A DNA stretch of 60,584 nt, filler included. It is 4 parts of 4 records of this genome, joined end to end, with 100 filler letters (N's around TTAATTAATTAA, not from the genome) between each part and the next. Parts side by side here need not be neighbours in the genome. Positions count along the whole stretch, not along the records: positions 20,838 to 32,963 come from SRR20825019_857; positions 33,064 to 48,548 come from SRR20825019_859; 2 more parts are not named here. One strand, written 5' to 3'. Positions 31,110 through 41,031 of this stretch are shown here, piece by piece; the first letter of the stretch is position 1, and every line of letters begins with the position of its first letter. Below the pieces are notes generated by a model. The model had not been told where the DNA came from, ran no database searches, and saw nothing but the letters and a program-made list of their open reading frames with translations. The position numbers and the translations under genes are program-made.

Positions 31110-32689
31110 TCAATCATCTTCTAGAACAGGAACTGTGGTAAAATCAAGGTCTTGAGCCTTCTGGTTTGTGCGATTGGTGTGCCGCACTACCGTTGCCTCG
31201 AATACATCACCATCGTCGTTCTCTTCATCTTCCTCTCGTGGGGCATACACTTCCTCGTCAGGGAGGTCTGCTCGCAGGATTAACATTCATGACACAAGCA
31301 TGCTTCATAGTCCTTACCTGGATCCTTCAGCTCGCCAGCATGAAGAGCCCGAATAATCGGTTTGGCTTGGAGATACGGGGGTATCTTCATATTCTTTTTC
31401 CTACTCTGCGCTGCAAGCTTCGTCACTATACTGAGAGAGCTAGCAACACTGGCCACTGTTTGTGCTCGCTTCCCTTCAGTCAAATCCTGCGTGTCTAAAT
31501 TCGAAGAACTGCTGCTTCGTGGATCGCGTTCCTCAACCTTATTAGACTTCTCCCCTTCTCCCTTGGTTTCACTCCCCTTGTCATTCTTGGATCCATTCTC
31601 CCCTCCCATAACTTCTTCCTTACTGCCGGTCTTCTTGAGATCTTTGTCGTTAGATTTCTTCAAGTCCTTGTCACTCGTCTTCTTGAGATCCTTGTCACTA
31701 GACTTCTTCAAGTCCTTATCACTTGCCTTCTTCAGATCCTTGTCACTTACGACCTTGTTCACTGCTGCCGGCTTGCGGCCAACAACCTTCTTCTTTTGCT
31801 TCTTCTTAAAGAGTTTTTCCATAGTCCTTTCCACTTCATCCTGACGCATCTTAATCACATCTGCCTTCATATCCCGTGCCTTCTCCGCCATTGTCCTAGC
31901 TTTGCTCACTGGCTCAGCAACGTCATCAATAGTGACTAACTCGCTGTTTTCAAAGCGACCCTTGTACATATTGCCTTGATGGCTTGTGTATGATCCCAGA
32001 CCATCGATCTTGCCATCCTTAAACATTCCCTCGTGCTTATTTCCCTTCGGATAGTAGTATATGCCGTAGCCATTTTCCTGCCCGTCCACATATTCTCCCT
32101 CATACCTTTCATTGGACAACTGGAAGAGATAAACCCCGATACCATCCCGTCGCCCATGCTTCCACTGACCCCAGTAGGTTTGGCGTGAACTCCATGTGAA
32201 TAACCCCATTCCATGAGCCTCATCGTCTACAAACTGACCCTCATACTGGCCTTTGTCAATGTACTTGTACTTTCCAAAACCATTTTTTTTTCCTCGGACC
32301 CATTCTCCATTGTAAACGTCTCCGTTGGTGTAAGTCATGACACCGTAGCCACAAGCCATTCCGTTTACAAAGTCGCCATCATATGTGTCACCATTCTTGT
32401 ACCGTAGTTCACCTGAGCCATGTGCATAGTCATTGCTAAACTCTCCATCATATCGGTGTCCAGCCGCCAGTGCAAATACGCCGTGTCCATTCCATCTATA
32501 CTCCATCATGTTCCCTTCAAATCTGTCGCCGTTCGGAAAACGGAACAAAGCCTTTCCATCTTTCGTAGCATCATGCACACCAAGTTCGCTATCAACGTCA
32601 TCCACCTCAAAGAATTTCAAGAGCCATGACATGGTTTTAGCAAGGGCAGACTTCTTGGGCTTGCCTTCTTCATCCATGTCTTTATCCAT
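31110..32689 (-). CDS. MORN-repeat protein with Lys-rich and acidic tail (intron 31268-31317)
   Basis: About 8 YxGx(W/F)xxGxxxGxG repeats; a 50-nt GTAAG...CAG intron extends the frame to a stop at 31110; 5' and 3' exon structure not certain. Confidence 0.8.
31628..31747 (-). repeat. 5 x 24-bp coding tandem repeat (S/N)DKDLKK(A/S/T)
   Basis: Seen directly in the MORN protein. Confidence 0.9.
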
Positions 32690-32963
32690 GGCGACCAACA
32701 CGGATTCACGACACACACAACTCCTAAGGATATATATGAGTACAGCATCTATGGAGCTTTATTGGGATACTAAGCTGGGCCCACTGTCAGCACCATTTGC
32801 ATGACTGTCGATGGGAACGCGCGGTGGCCGTGTTGAGAGGCCGGGCGGAGTAGTGGTCAGCTCCTGTCCTCACGATCCACCCCACCACGTTCGCCCTCGT
32901 CTCCAACGGTCGGGGTCAGGTGCCGTTCTGGCTCGGGGGGCCGGGGGGGGGGGGGGGGGGGGG

Positions 32964-33063
32964 NNNNNNNNNNNNNNNNNNNNNNNNNNNNNNNNNNNNN
33001 NNNNNNNTTAATTAATTAANNNNNNNNNNNNNNNNNNNNNNNNNNNNNNNNNNNNNNNNNNNN
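32964..33063. other. Artificial contig spacer
   Basis: N44-TTAATTAATTAA-N44. Confidence 0.98.
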
Positions 33064-33117
33064 GTTGTCTTTACAATCTATTCTGAATTTGTTTCATTTA
33101 ATTTAAGCATCCACTAT

Positions 33118-34023
33118 TTACAACCATTCTGTATCAATACCCATTTCAATAAACTCATCATAAATAGTATCTTTAGCATAGCATAAGGTTGCTTTTTTTA
33201 AATTAGGGAACTGTTTTGCATCGGTACTGTGTTCAATATCCCAATACTCCACTGCTCCACCAGAAAAAGGAGCTAAATTCATATAAATTTCGTTTCCGCC
33301 ATCTTGATAGATTTCTGTAACTTCTTCAGCCAAACGCTTTGGGATTGGTAAATCTTTAAAATATTGTTCTACTTCAGCAATAGGCCCGTAACCTTCCTCA
33401 TCAATATCTATCTCGCGACCTCTATACCATTTTGCAAATTCGTGAATATCAAATTGAGGCTTCAACAATTCTTTAGTATACATTAGCTCTTCAATAACCG
33501 ATAATTTAAATCCAAAATCTTCGAAAGTAATAACTTCTTCATCAAGTCGCTTAATTTTGTATTTATCTTCCGGTATTCCTTCCCAACGCACATACGGTTT
33601 GTAAGCACTTATTTCTATTGCGCTAACGGTGTCTTCGTTCATATCAAACCAAGCACTAATGCCATTCGAGACTAAAGCACCACTATCATCATTTTTAAAT
33701 AATTTTATATGCTGGTTTTTATGCGATTTATAGTAGCTTACAATTTCTTGATTGTTGTAATGAAATATCCCTGAAAATGCTTTTTTTGGACTAAAGTCAT
33801 AGGTTTCAGGTTGTAATTCTATAATTATAGATTCTATAAGTTCCCCACTTTTTGAGTAAGCCAATATTCCTAGATCATCCCAAGTAAAAATAGTATTGTT
33901 TTTCTTCTTTAAGGTTCGATAATTTTTAGTTAAATGGTCTTTTAACACATCCAAAGACACTGGAAACTCAACCATTCTTGAATTTATTTGAAAACCTTTT
34001 GGAGATAAATGTAACGCAATCAT
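33118..34023 (-). CDS. DUF6892-like protein (putative immunity-type)
   Basis: C-terminal FEDFGFKLSVIEELMY...YFKDLPIP....VTEIYQDGGNEIY...FPNLKK pattern. Confidence 0.7.
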   Translation of the reverse strand: MIALHLSPKGFQINSRMVEFPVSLDVLKDHLTKNYRTLKKKNNTIFTWDDLGILAYSKSGELIESIIIELQPETYDFSPKKAFSGIFHYNNQEIVSYYKSHKNQHIKLFKNDDSGALVSNGISAWFDMNEDTVSAIEISAYKPYVRWEGIPEDKYKIKRLDEEVITFEDFGFKLSVIEELMYTKELLKPQFDIHEFAKWYRGREIDIDEEGYGPIAEVEQYFKDLPIPKRLAEEVTEIYQDGGNEIYMNLAPFSGGAVEYWDIEHSTDAKQFPNLKKATLCYAKDTIYDEFIEMGIDTEWL

Positions 34024-34041
34024 AAGTCTATTTTAAGATTT

Positions 34042-34088
34042 CAAAAATAATAGCTTAATCTATATTTTTAATCCCTATCTTCCGTGAT
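34042..34088 (-). promoter_or_regulatory. Operator 1 (ATCACGGAAGATAGGGAT, 34071-34088) + -7 box TATTTTTG (34042-34049)
   Basis: 18-bp pseudo-palindrome, 21-bp gap, Bacteroidota TAnnTTTG element, upstream of the DUF6892-like gene. Confidence 0.75.
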
Positions 34089-34155
34089 ATTTTATATCTT
34101 GAAGCTATTCCTTTTTAGAATTATTTAAATTAACGCATATACTAAAAAGCCAAAA

Positions 34156-34202
34156 ATCCCCTATTTCGGGGATAAAATCTAAAAAGATTAGCTCTAAATT
34201 TG
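34156..34202 (+). promoter_or_regulatory. Operator 2 (ATCCCCTATTTCGGGGAT, 34156-34173) + -7 box TAAATTTG (34195-34202)
   Basis: Perfect 6-bp-arm inverted repeat, 21-bp gap, TAnnTTTG; upstream of the coiled-coil/VWA/PurA-like operon. Confidence 0.8.
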
Positions 34203-34218
34203 TTGAAAACCTTTTATT

Positions 34219-34569
34219 ATGGAAGATCAAGTAAAGAGTGCAGCGTTTATAGCATCATTAAAACGCAATAACGAAAAAATAAGAGACGATCGTGCGCATG
34301 CAATTGCAGAAGATGCACAATTAATGTACAAACGTGAAACCGAAGATTTGGCATTATCGCTAAAACGCTTAAAACGTGAACAAGAAAATATGCTTGATAT
34401 GAGCCCTACAGATGCCAACAGTCTGGTCTTAGCATCCGATTTTAATGCGAAAGATTACGTAGCAAAAGACATCGAAATGTCTGTAAAAATAAGGAACTTA
34501 GAAATAAAATTAGAATTAGCCAAAAAACGTTATTTACATTTATTTGGTGGAACAATAAACGAATTATAA
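34219..34569 (+). CDS. Hypothetical coiled-coil protein (116 aa)
   Basis: Heptad-rich ORF, first gene of a tight operon (2-bp gap to the VWA gene). Confidence 0.8.
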   Translation: MEDQVKSAAFIASLKRNNEKIRDDRAHAIAEDAQLMYKRETEDLALSLKRLKREQENMLDMSPTDANSLVLASDFNAKDYVAKDIEMSVKIRNLEIKLELAKKRYLHLFGGTINEL

Positions 34570-34571
34570 CT

Positions 34572-35438
34572 ATGGGAGGAGGAAGATTTAGTCACGATGC
34601 GTATTCTCGATTGAGAAAATCTAAAGGCTACAGTAATAAATCTAGAGAAGAAATTTTTACGGCTAGACAAATAGATCCTGAAATGGATCCTACAAAAGTA
34701 ATAGTTAGAGAGTCTCGAGATTCTGAGGAACATCCTGAAACGCTTTCTATTATTGTTGCTTTAGATGTAACAGGAAGTATGGGGTTTGTGCCAGAGCATA
34801 TTGTAAAAGAAGCTTTGCCAGACCTTATTGGTTCTTTAATGGAAGCTGGTATTGAACATCCACAAGTGTTATTTTTAGGCATTGGAGATTTTATTTATGA
34901 TAATGCACCATTACAAGTTGGACAATTTGAGTCATCAGCAGAGTTATTAGACCGTTGGTTAACCCGAGTTTATTTAGAAGGTGGCGGAGGTGGAAACAAT
35001 CAAGAAGGCTATAATCTAGCACATTTATTTGCTGCAAGACATACATCGATTGATTGTTGGGAAAAAAGACAACAAAAAGGATTTTTATTTACCATTGGTG
35101 ATGAACCTGTTTCTTCTGACATTCCTGCTGAAATTATAAAGAGATATACCCTTGCAGATGAGGCAGAAACCATAACTACAGAAGCCATTATTAAAGAGGC
35201 TCAAGAGAAATACAATGTTTTTCATATGCATTTAGAACATAATGAATTGTCTAAGCAAGAAAAACGTAAGGGAAATTGGAAAACGCTTTTAGGCGAAAAT
35301 TATATGGAAATACCAGATTTTAAATCCGTGGCAAAACGGATTGCAGAAGTGGTCATTAACAACCATAAACCAGGTGCCGCTACCAATAGATTTAATGCTT
35401 CTGGGAGTTCAGATATTAAAGTAGAGAATATGCTATAA
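34572..35438 (+). CDS. Stand-alone VWA (MIDAS) domain protein
   Basis: LDVTGSM (DxTxS), GIGD, EGGGGGNNQEGY, FTIGDE; Gly-rich MGGG N-terminus. Confidence 0.85.
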   Translation: MGGGRFSHDAYSRLRKSKGYSNKSREEIFTARQIDPEMDPTKVIVRESRDSEEHPETLSIIVALDVTGSMGFVPEHIVKEALPDLIGSLMEAGIEHPQVLFLGIGDFIYDNAPLQVGQFESSAELLDRWLTRVYLEGGGGGNNQEGYNLAHLFAARHTSIDCWEKRQQKGFLFTIGDEPVSSDIPAEIIKRYTLADEAETITTEAIIKEAQEKYNVFHMHLEHNELSKQEKRKGNWKTLLGENYMEIPDFKSVAKRIAEVVINNHKPGAATNRFNASGSSDIKVENML

Positions 35439-36572
35439 ATGCAAAAATGTAGTCTTGTTATAGATTTGGGATTTGGTGATGCCGGAAAAGGCTTAACAAC
35501 AGATTTTCTGGCATCTCAGTGTCCTCAAAAAAGTATCATCGTTCGATTTTCTGGAGGTCATCAAATTGGCCATACTGTTAGCACAAAAGAACTTACGCAT
35601 ACCTTTAGTAATTTTGGTTCGGGTACGTTATTAGGAGTACCTACTTATTATACTGAAAATACCACTCTTTTCCCACCTGGGATTCTAAAAGAAGGGAATT
35701 TTCTAAAAACATACCAGCCTAAATTATACTTAAATCCATTGGCTATGGTAACTACCATTTATGACATAGCCTATAATCGAGCCATTGAAAAACAACAACA
35801 TCACGGGTCTTGTGGCTTGGGCTTTGGAACAACAATCGCTCGAAACAAGGAAGAAGTTTATTTATATGCCAATGATTTAAAATTTCAATGGGTTTTGAAG
35901 CAGCGTTTACAAAGCATTAAAACCTACTACCAACATAAACTAAAAACCGAGAACAAAAGTGTTCAAGCGTATTACCATAATGAATTAAAAGAATACGATG
36001 AAGACTTCTTCATAAATTGCTGTATAGCCATCCAGAAGTTTTATAATGTAGCCTCACTTTCAGAGTTAGCATTCACTTATGAGCATTTTATTTTTGAAGG
36101 TAGTCAGGGTATTCTATTAGATACCCAACACGGTTTTTATCCACATACCACTTGGAGCTACACCACATCTAAAAATGCTATTCAGCTTATAAAAAAACAT
36201 TTAAGTGTTTCAGCGGAAATAGACATCTATTACATTACGCGTTGTTATCAAACCCGTCATGGTAATGGACCTATGTCTAACACGGAAGCTGTAACACTTT
36301 TGAATAATGAAAATGAAGCAAATATCACCAACGAATTTCAAGGGGAGTTTAGGACCAAGGCATTGGATCATGAATTACTTAATTACGCCTTAAGTTGTGA
36401 CTCTATTCATTATCAAAATTTAAAAATTAATAAATATTTAATATTGACATGCCTAGATCAACTTCCGGATTTTTCATGTGAAAGCTTACTTCAAAAAGTA
36501 AAAACTAAATTCAAAACAGTTTACGGTAGTTATGGACCTAAACGCCAATGTATCAAAGTTATTTCAAAATAA
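35439..36572 (+). CDS. Non-canonical adenylosuccinate synthetase (PurA/PurZ superfamily) paralog
   Basis: DLGFGDAGKG, RFSGGHQIGHT, HGSCGLGFG, FEGSQGILLD..HGFYPHTT, TRHGNGPM, LTCLD; lacks GxTTGRxRR. Confidence 0.85.
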   Translation: MQKCSLVIDLGFGDAGKGLTTDFLASQCPQKSIIVRFSGGHQIGHTVSTKELTHTFSNFGSGTLLGVPTYYTENTTLFPPGILKEGNFLKTYQPKLYLNPLAMVTTIYDIAYNRAIEKQQHHGSCGLGFGTTIARNKEEVYLYANDLKFQWVLKQRLQSIKTYYQHKLKTENKSVQAYYHNELKEYDEDFFINCCIAIQKFYNVASLSELAFTYEHFIFEGSQGILLDTQHGFYPHTTWSYTTSKNAIQLIKKHLSVSAEIDIYYITRCYQTRHGNGPMSNTEAVTLLNNENEANITNEFQGEFRTKALDHELLNYALSCDSIHYQNLKINKYLILTCLDQLPDFSCESLLQKVKTKFKTVYGSYGPKRQCIKVISK

Positions 36573-36718
36573 ATCAGTATGCCAATTGCCAACGCATTAG
36601 GCATTTTATAAAAAATGTATTTTTAGATCCAAGGCAAGCCTTGGTGTATTTAAATTTCCATTATACCGTAAAGTAATTCTGATGCATCACTCTCTAGAAG
36701 TATTTCGTTATTTTCAAA

Positions 36719-36765
36719 ATCATTAGTTTCAGGGATAAAGAACTCATTAGTTCAAAGTACCTTAG
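36719..36765 (+). promoter_or_regulatory. Operator 3 (ATCATTAGTTTCAGGGAT, 36719-36736) + -7-like box TACCTTAG (36758-36765)
   Basis: Same motif and 21-bp gap; upstream of the six-gene SMI1...HK-RR operon. Confidence 0.7.
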
Positions 36766-36789
36766 TTGCTTTAAACAACAATAGAGAAA

Positions 36790-37842
36790 ATGAACAATCC
36801 CATATTATATTCAGAAGGTTTTAAAGCACTGAAGTGGAATGATTTTAATTTCAAAACTATTCAAATAAACACCCTTTCAGCTCTTAAAGATCCAAGACAC
36901 TATAACAACTGTTTTATTTTTAGAGATTCACTTATAAAGGCCGTTGAAGAAGTATCTGGAAAGAAAGTTTCTAAGCTTCTTTTCATTACTCCAGATTATA
37001 AAACTGTTTATAAATTCTACATAATTGCTTATTTAGAAGGTAAAATAGTTTTCCCGCTTACAATAGAAAACACGCCATTATTTAAAGAATGGTTTACGGC
37101 TATAGATGATGAAAAGGATAAAGATCTTATTTCTACTATTTATAACTTCAGTCATAGTAGTTATAGCTCACAACCGATTACTAATTTAGAGCATATGACT
37201 TTTCATGAAAATACAGGGGATTTTATTAATCAATTTATTCCAAATGAGTTTATAGCTGAACAATTGGCTAAAGAAAAGGCTGATTTTTTAAATCCTTATA
37301 TTCAATTAAAAGCACAAATTAATATTGAAGAAGTAAAGCAAACCTTTGAAACCTTAATTAAGGCTAAAGGGTTAACCATAAATTCTCCGACAAATAACGA
37401 TGCCATTTATGATGCTTTTGAAAAAGAAGCGGGATTTCCTTTTCCACAAATTATCAAAGCGTACCTAAGCTTGCATAATGGTATTGACAGATGCGCCATA
37501 ATGGGTGCTGAAACAATTTACAAAGAATGGAAACAATGGAAAGCTATCTATGATGATTGGACGCAAGAAGAGTTGCTAGATACGTACACTACAAATCAAG
37601 GAAAAGCATTATTAATGTACACTACCCCTTATTGGATTCCATTTTTTGATTTAAGTAATGGCAATTTTTTAGCCTTCGATTTTGCACCTAATACCAAAGG
37701 TACTGCTGGGCAAATTATTCGTTATGGTGCCGATCAAGAAATTGGATATATCCATGCAGACAACTTACATACATTTCTAAAAAGTTTACTAAATAATGAA
37801 GGTGAAATTGAGGATCATGAATGGTTTTATACAGCCCAGTAG
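36790..37842 (+). CDS. SMI1/KNR4 (SUKH) domain protein with N-terminal extension
   Basis: FEKEAGFPFP..IKAYLSLHNG, WIPFFD.SNGN..AFDFAP...GTAGQII. Confidence 0.85.
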   Translation: MNNPILYSEGFKALKWNDFNFKTIQINTLSALKDPRHYNNCFIFRDSLIKAVEEVSGKKVSKLLFITPDYKTVYKFYIIAYLEGKIVFPLTIENTPLFKEWFTAIDDEKDKDLISTIYNFSHSSYSSQPITNLEHMTFHENTGDFINQFIPNEFIAEQLAKEKADFLNPYIQLKAQINIEEVKQTFETLIKAKGLTINSPTNNDAIYDAFEKEAGFPFPQIIKAYLSLHNGIDRCAIMGAETIYKEWKQWKAIYDDWTQEELLDTYTTNQGKALLMYTTPYWIPFFDLSNGNFLAFDFAPNTKGTAGQIIRYGADQEIGYIHADNLHTFLKSLLNNEGEIEDHEWFYTAQ

Positions 37843-37884
37843 ATGTATTAAAAAAGAAAATAATTTTTGATTAACACCCAGCAA

Positions 37885-40368
37885 ATGTCTACTATTTTTA
37901 AAGAGCACATAATTCCTAAATTAAATATAAAATCATTTAAAGGCGCTGAAATAAAAGCATTACTTCAGATATTAAAATTAATGCATGCCACCGACAATGA
38001 AATCTATAAGAATGCAAAAAAGGATTTTGATACAAATACTACAACCCCTAATTTTACTAATAATCTATCCCAAAGTATTTACTTACACCCAAAAATATAT
38101 GCCAAGGAAAGACAAGGCTTAAAATTTGTTGAGTCTTGGCTTCCACTCTTGGAAAATGGTTTTTATCCTGATAAAAAAAGTACTAGAAAACTTCTTGAAT
38201 TTTTACACTTCAATCTCAGTTATTTTCAGTCAGAAGATACCTCAGAAATAGAAAAAATTCAACTTTTTAAAGTTTTAAAATTGCTGATTCAGAGTAAATC
38301 TGAAGCCTCTCTTCCTGTGGCGTGTTTTTTAATTCATAGGATTTTTGATATTCGAGATGTATTGAACTCAGATTTTATAATTCAGCATTGCCTCAAACAT
38401 CAGCTATTAACAGAAGGATATACCATTAAAAATACAGATCTTTCGATAAGTACAATTCCGTTTGCCATTGATAAGCATTTTATCACGCATTTTTTTGATG
38501 GCAATTGGCATCTATTTATCACAAAGTTTCATCAATTATTACCTGTGGGTCTTGTATATGCTCCATCCGCTTACGATTTGATGTCATCCTGGTTTAGTTT
38601 TGATTTAGCGTCTTTTTATGAAAGCCACCAAGAGATGGCCATTTTCGCAAATCAAGCACTAAAAGAACGTATTATTTGGGGAGAAACTAAAAGCTTAGAA
38701 CTGCTAAATATCCAAACTAAGAACGGTAATTATCCCTTAATAAATGTTTTAGCCAAAAAAACTTGGGATGCTGGTGATGTATTACTATTCAACAATCGAG
38801 ATAAAAACATACCGCAGCAACAGTTAGATAGTTGTTATTTAAATTTTTTAGATTGGTTACTAGTAGATGCTGGAAGCAATTTGAATTCGGAAGCTTTTAC
38901 TGGTTACGGAATTAAAATTTTAAGTGAGTGCACAGCAGAAGCACTTCCGTTAGAATGCATTCCATTTTGGCTTCACAAATGTCATCCAAAAACTAGTCAT
39001 AAAAATCAGAGGGAACTATTAAATCCCATATTCACCAAGTTACTACTAGAAACAACGCACGCAACACTTCCTGCAATGCGTTTTGAAGGAGCAGATTTTC
39101 AAGTCAAAGGAACATTTTTAATTTCCGAAATATTCAAGACAGAAAATAACCTAAAAGAGTGGCTTGAAGACTTTAAAAAGGAAGGTATTAAAAACCCATT
39201 AAATCAATTTTTAATACGCATCTATTATGATGCTAATGAAGAACTAACTTTAATATACACTAAAGAAGAACAAGAATATTTACAGTTATATTTAATAGAA
39301 TTAGCATACTCTTCTAGATATGTAAGTGATTCTATTAGAAAGAAAAATCTACCTATCCTTGTAAAAACTCTTGCTAAATTATGTGCAGAACCAGTAAATT
39401 TCTCACGTGTTAACGAGATTTGGGCACTAAAAAATATTGATGTTTGTATTATAGATATTTGTAACAATTTTGCTCGAGAACACTATATCAATGAAAATAG
39501 TCCGTTAAACTTAAATCTTATACAAGCTTGGTTTAATTATTTAGGCGATTATTTCTATAGTCTAACCAAGGAGGCTGTTTGGGTATCAGAAGCATTAACC
39601 ACTCAAGGCTTACGCACAGCAAATTTCTTCAATATAGAAAAAGAAGATGTTAGCTATTTTTTAGAAAGATTAATTAACCGTATCATTGATTTTCATAAAC
39701 GATGTAAGCTCAAGGAAGAAACCAATCCTATATTCAATAATATTTCTAAACAAATTGAATTGTATTTAACCGATTTTCTTATAGCATTAAAAGAAGAAAA
39801 ACTAAATATAAATACTATAAACTATCTCTATAATTATTGTAAAAGTGATGGAGCTGGTTTAATAAAACAATCCAAATTAATTACTGCTATTAATAATTTA
39901 CATCAATTTCATTTTAAAGAAGAATTATCAACAGAAACCGATTATGAAGTATCACAATTACCTGTCTCTAAAGTTGAAATTGAAATCGTTGAGATTAATA
40001 AAAAGTATGTAGATGCCGTACTTCATAATCTAGAAAATTATAAAGAGGAAGGATGCGACACCCAGTTATTAACAGGTTTATATGAAAAGATAGACGACTT
40101 TAAAATCTGGATAAATTGTGATAAAACTGGAATCGAAACACGATTTAGTCAAGCCCTTTATAAGACGTTGCTCGATACAAATTTAACCCCTAAAACAGAT
40201 TTAAAAACCTACGGCACGCTTTGCAGAAACCTATTTGTGTATTTAGTAAAAGGAACTAAAATGTCCGATTCCTACGTAATGGGATTAAAGGCTATGACAA
40301 AATCTGGAGTCTATCCAGAACATATAACAGCTAATCTACGGCAAGTGGTTAAAGATTTAAATGTTTAA
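37885..40368 (+). CDS. Large hypothetical, likely alpha-helical protein (about 830 aa)
   Basis: Long ORF in AT-rich DNA within the operon; no motif recognised; alternative TTG start at 37867. Confidence 0.8.
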   Translation: MSTIFKEHIIPKLNIKSFKGAEIKALLQILKLMHATDNEIYKNAKKDFDTNTTTPNFTNNLSQSIYLHPKIYAKERQGLKFVESWLPLLENGFYPDKKSTRKLLEFLHFNLSYFQSEDTSEIEKIQLFKVLKLLIQSKSEASLPVACFLIHRIFDIRDVLNSDFIIQHCLKHQLLTEGYTIKNTDLSISTIPFAIDKHFITHFFDGNWHLFITKFHQLLPVGLVYAPSAYDLMSSWFSFDLASFYESHQEMAIFANQALKERIIWGETKSLELLNIQTKNGNYPLINVLAKKTWDAGDVLLFNNRDKNIPQQQLDSCYLNFLDWLLVDAGSNLNSEAFTGYGIKILSECTAEALPLECIPFWLHKCHPKTSHKNQRELLNPIFTKLLLETTHATLPAMRFEGADFQVKGTFLISEIFKTENNLKEWLEDFKKEGIKNPLNQFLIRIYYDANEELTLIYTKEEQEYLQLYLIELAYSSRYVSDSIRKKNLPILVKTLAKLCAEPVNFSRVNEIWALKNIDVCIIDICNNFAREHYINENSPLNLNLIQAWFNYLGDYFYSLTKEAVWVSEALTTQGLRTANFFNIEKEDVSYFLERLINRIIDFHKRCKLKEETNPIFNNISKQIELYLTDFLIALKEEKLNINTINYLYNYCKSDGAGLIKQSKLITAINNLHQFHFKEELSTETDYEVSQLPVSKVEIEIVEINKKYVDAVLHNLENYKEEGCDTQLLTGLYEKIDDFKIWINCDKTGIETRFSQALYKTLLDTNLTPKTDLKTYGTLCRNLFVYLVKGTKMSDSYVMGLKAMTKSGVYPEHITANLRQVVKDLNV

Positions 40369-40371
40369 ATA

Positions 40372-41031
40372 ATGACACAAGATATCACACCCAAAATTCA
40401 GAACCAATTAAATTTATCGGCCTTGATTTTGAAGAAAAATCATAAAAACGCAGCCTTAAAAAGTTGGTCGGGTTTTAACCTAAAAGATGCAATGCACGTT
40501 AAGCATGCGGAAAGACTTTTAACTATGTACGGTATTAAATCAGGCTTGCATTTACGGAACAGTTTACAACGTTACGAGAGCGGACAAATGGTATCTCATA
40601 CTTTTGAAAAATTAGCCGCAGCGTTTCGCAATGATACCAGTAAGACTTTTGAAGCTAAATACCAAGCTCTAGAAAGTCCTAAAACCAAAAACACCTACAA
40701 AATGGTGTGGAAATATCGTTTCAGTTTAAAAAATCAAAAACTCAGAGGATATGAAATGGCAATGTACATTTTTCAAATGAGATTAGGCCTCGTCTTAGAC
40801 TTTATAACAACAGAAGAAATGATGTTGCGTTTAGAAGAAGCCTACAATATTACAAAGTCCACGTTTTCTAGTTGGGGAGAATTTCACCGCAACGTGTGCT
40901 TGGGAGATGAGTACGTTTTAGGGGCTACAGAACTCGATGTTAGTAAATTCCCAGGGACAGAAACACTTTGGGAGCACTACCAACGCTTACATATAGCACA
41001 TGCCGATTGGTTTAAAGAATGGAAAAAATGA
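40372..41031 (+). CDS. DUF1266-like protein
   Basis: L..MYGI.S, GYEMA....MRLG....FIT.EE, FSSWGEF....CLG pattern. Confidence 0.7.
   Translation: MTQDITPKIQNQLNLSALILKKNHKNAALKSWSGFNLKDAMHVKHAERLLTMYGIKSGLHLRNSLQRYESGQMVSHTFEKLAAAFRNDTSKTFEAKYQALESPKTKNTYKMVWKYRFSLKNQKLRGYEMAMYIFQMRLGLVLDFITTEEMMLRLEEAYNITKSTFSSWGEFHRNVCLGDEYVLGATELDVSKFPGTETLWEHYQRLHIAHADWFKEWKK

Noticed and set aside
32943-32963. 21-nt poly-G run
   Set aside because: It sits at a contig end and is probably a sequencing or assembly artefact, so its length is unreliable
35439-36572. PurZ / Z-genome (diaminopurine) biosynthesis
   Set aside because: It keeps GD rather than the PurZ GS motif, and no datZ, mazZ, polymerase or phage genes are nearby
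36629-36644. CCAAGGC-AA-GCCTTGG hairpin after the PurA-like gene
   Set aside because: The loop is very short and there is no clear U-tract, so it is too weak to call a terminator
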